A stretch of DNA of 64,000 nt from Candidatus Zixiibacteriota bacterium (GTDB lineage: Bacteria; RBG-13-66-14; B26-G2; WVWN01), in contig JASFLY010000004.1 in the NCBI GenBank assembly GCA_050117845.1, positions 64,001-128,000 of the forward strand, written 5' to 3'. The notes beneath the pieces are model-generated. The model ran no database searches. It saw only the letters and a list, made by a program, of their open reading frames with translations, and was not told the origin of the DNA. How positions within the stretch are numbered: the first letter of the stretch is position 1; every line of letters begins with the position of its first letter. Position numbers and translations under genes: made by a program. This document shows positions 63,729 to 64,000 of the stretch, one piece after another.

Positions 63729-64000
63729 ATGTCGCCGAATAATGTAATGTTGACGCTGAGCCGCGCCCGGCGCCTGGCCCTCCGGGCGCAGTTGCTGGAC
63801 GGCCCGGGCCGCAGGCCGAAGGGCAAGGAGGGCGTACGCCGCGCCGTCGAGCACCTGGGCTACGTCCAGATAGACACCATCGCCGTCGTCGAGCGCGCAC
63901 ACCATCACACCCTCTGGTCGCGCTGCCCCGATTACGAGCCGGCGATGCTCGACGAACTCCACGGCCGCAGCCGGCGCGTCTTCGAGTACTGGGGCCACGC
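63729..64000 (+). CDS. YcaQ/AlkZ-family (HTH_42) crosslink-repair DNA glycosylase, N-terminal part
   Basis: Not in the ORF track. MSPNNVMLTLSRARRLALRAQLL...LGYVQIDTIAVVERAHHHTLWSR...FEYWGH with QxD motif; TTGATA-16-TATAAT upstream. Confidence 0.88.
   Translation, partial: MSPNNVMLTLSRARRLALRAQLLDGPGRRPKGKEGVRRAVEHLGYVQIDTIAVVERAHHHTLWSRCPDYEPAMLDELHGRSRRVFEYWGH

Overview
A 64-kb GC-rich chromosomal segment from a diderm bacterium. Outer-membrane beta-barrels, a PorV/PorQ-like barrel, a FlgD/T9SS-CTD-type tail and a Bacteroidota-type conserved secreted protein suggest an FCB-associated, probably uncultured lineage (inference, not verified). Housekeeping genes: rel, pgeF, mrdA-rodA, rpmB, a glycosyltransferase cluster, a P-type ATPase, mfd, ahcY-metK, tig, purA and three tRNAs (Ile2-CAU, Leu-UAG, Lys-UUU). 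No integrase, transposase, reverse transcriptase or CRISPR array was seen. The accessory content is mostly local paralog expansions of envelope proteins. (i) Six tandem secreted NHL beta-propeller genes plus one unrelated thioredoxin-like/Ig protein all end in the same ~14-residue motif [VI]xP[TA]SLGx[IV]K[AG]LF[DEH]-stop, the best candidate here for an uncharacterised C-terminal sorting system. (ii) Four copies of a terminator-promoter cassette punctuate that array; one precedes a ~150-nt rod-like RNA and one precedes a 38-aa Lys-rich ORF missing from the ORF track. (iii) Seven tandem paralogous 73-84 aa two-helix membrane proteins show mosaic divergence. (iv) There is a pair of OmpW-like barrels and a pair of secreted proteins built from one unknown module. 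Several regulatory oddities are also visible (rpmB nested antisense to a glycosyltransferase leader, a hairpin-U-tract at the start of the purA leader, long intergenic hairpins). All calls are from reading the sequence; no database search or folding program was run.
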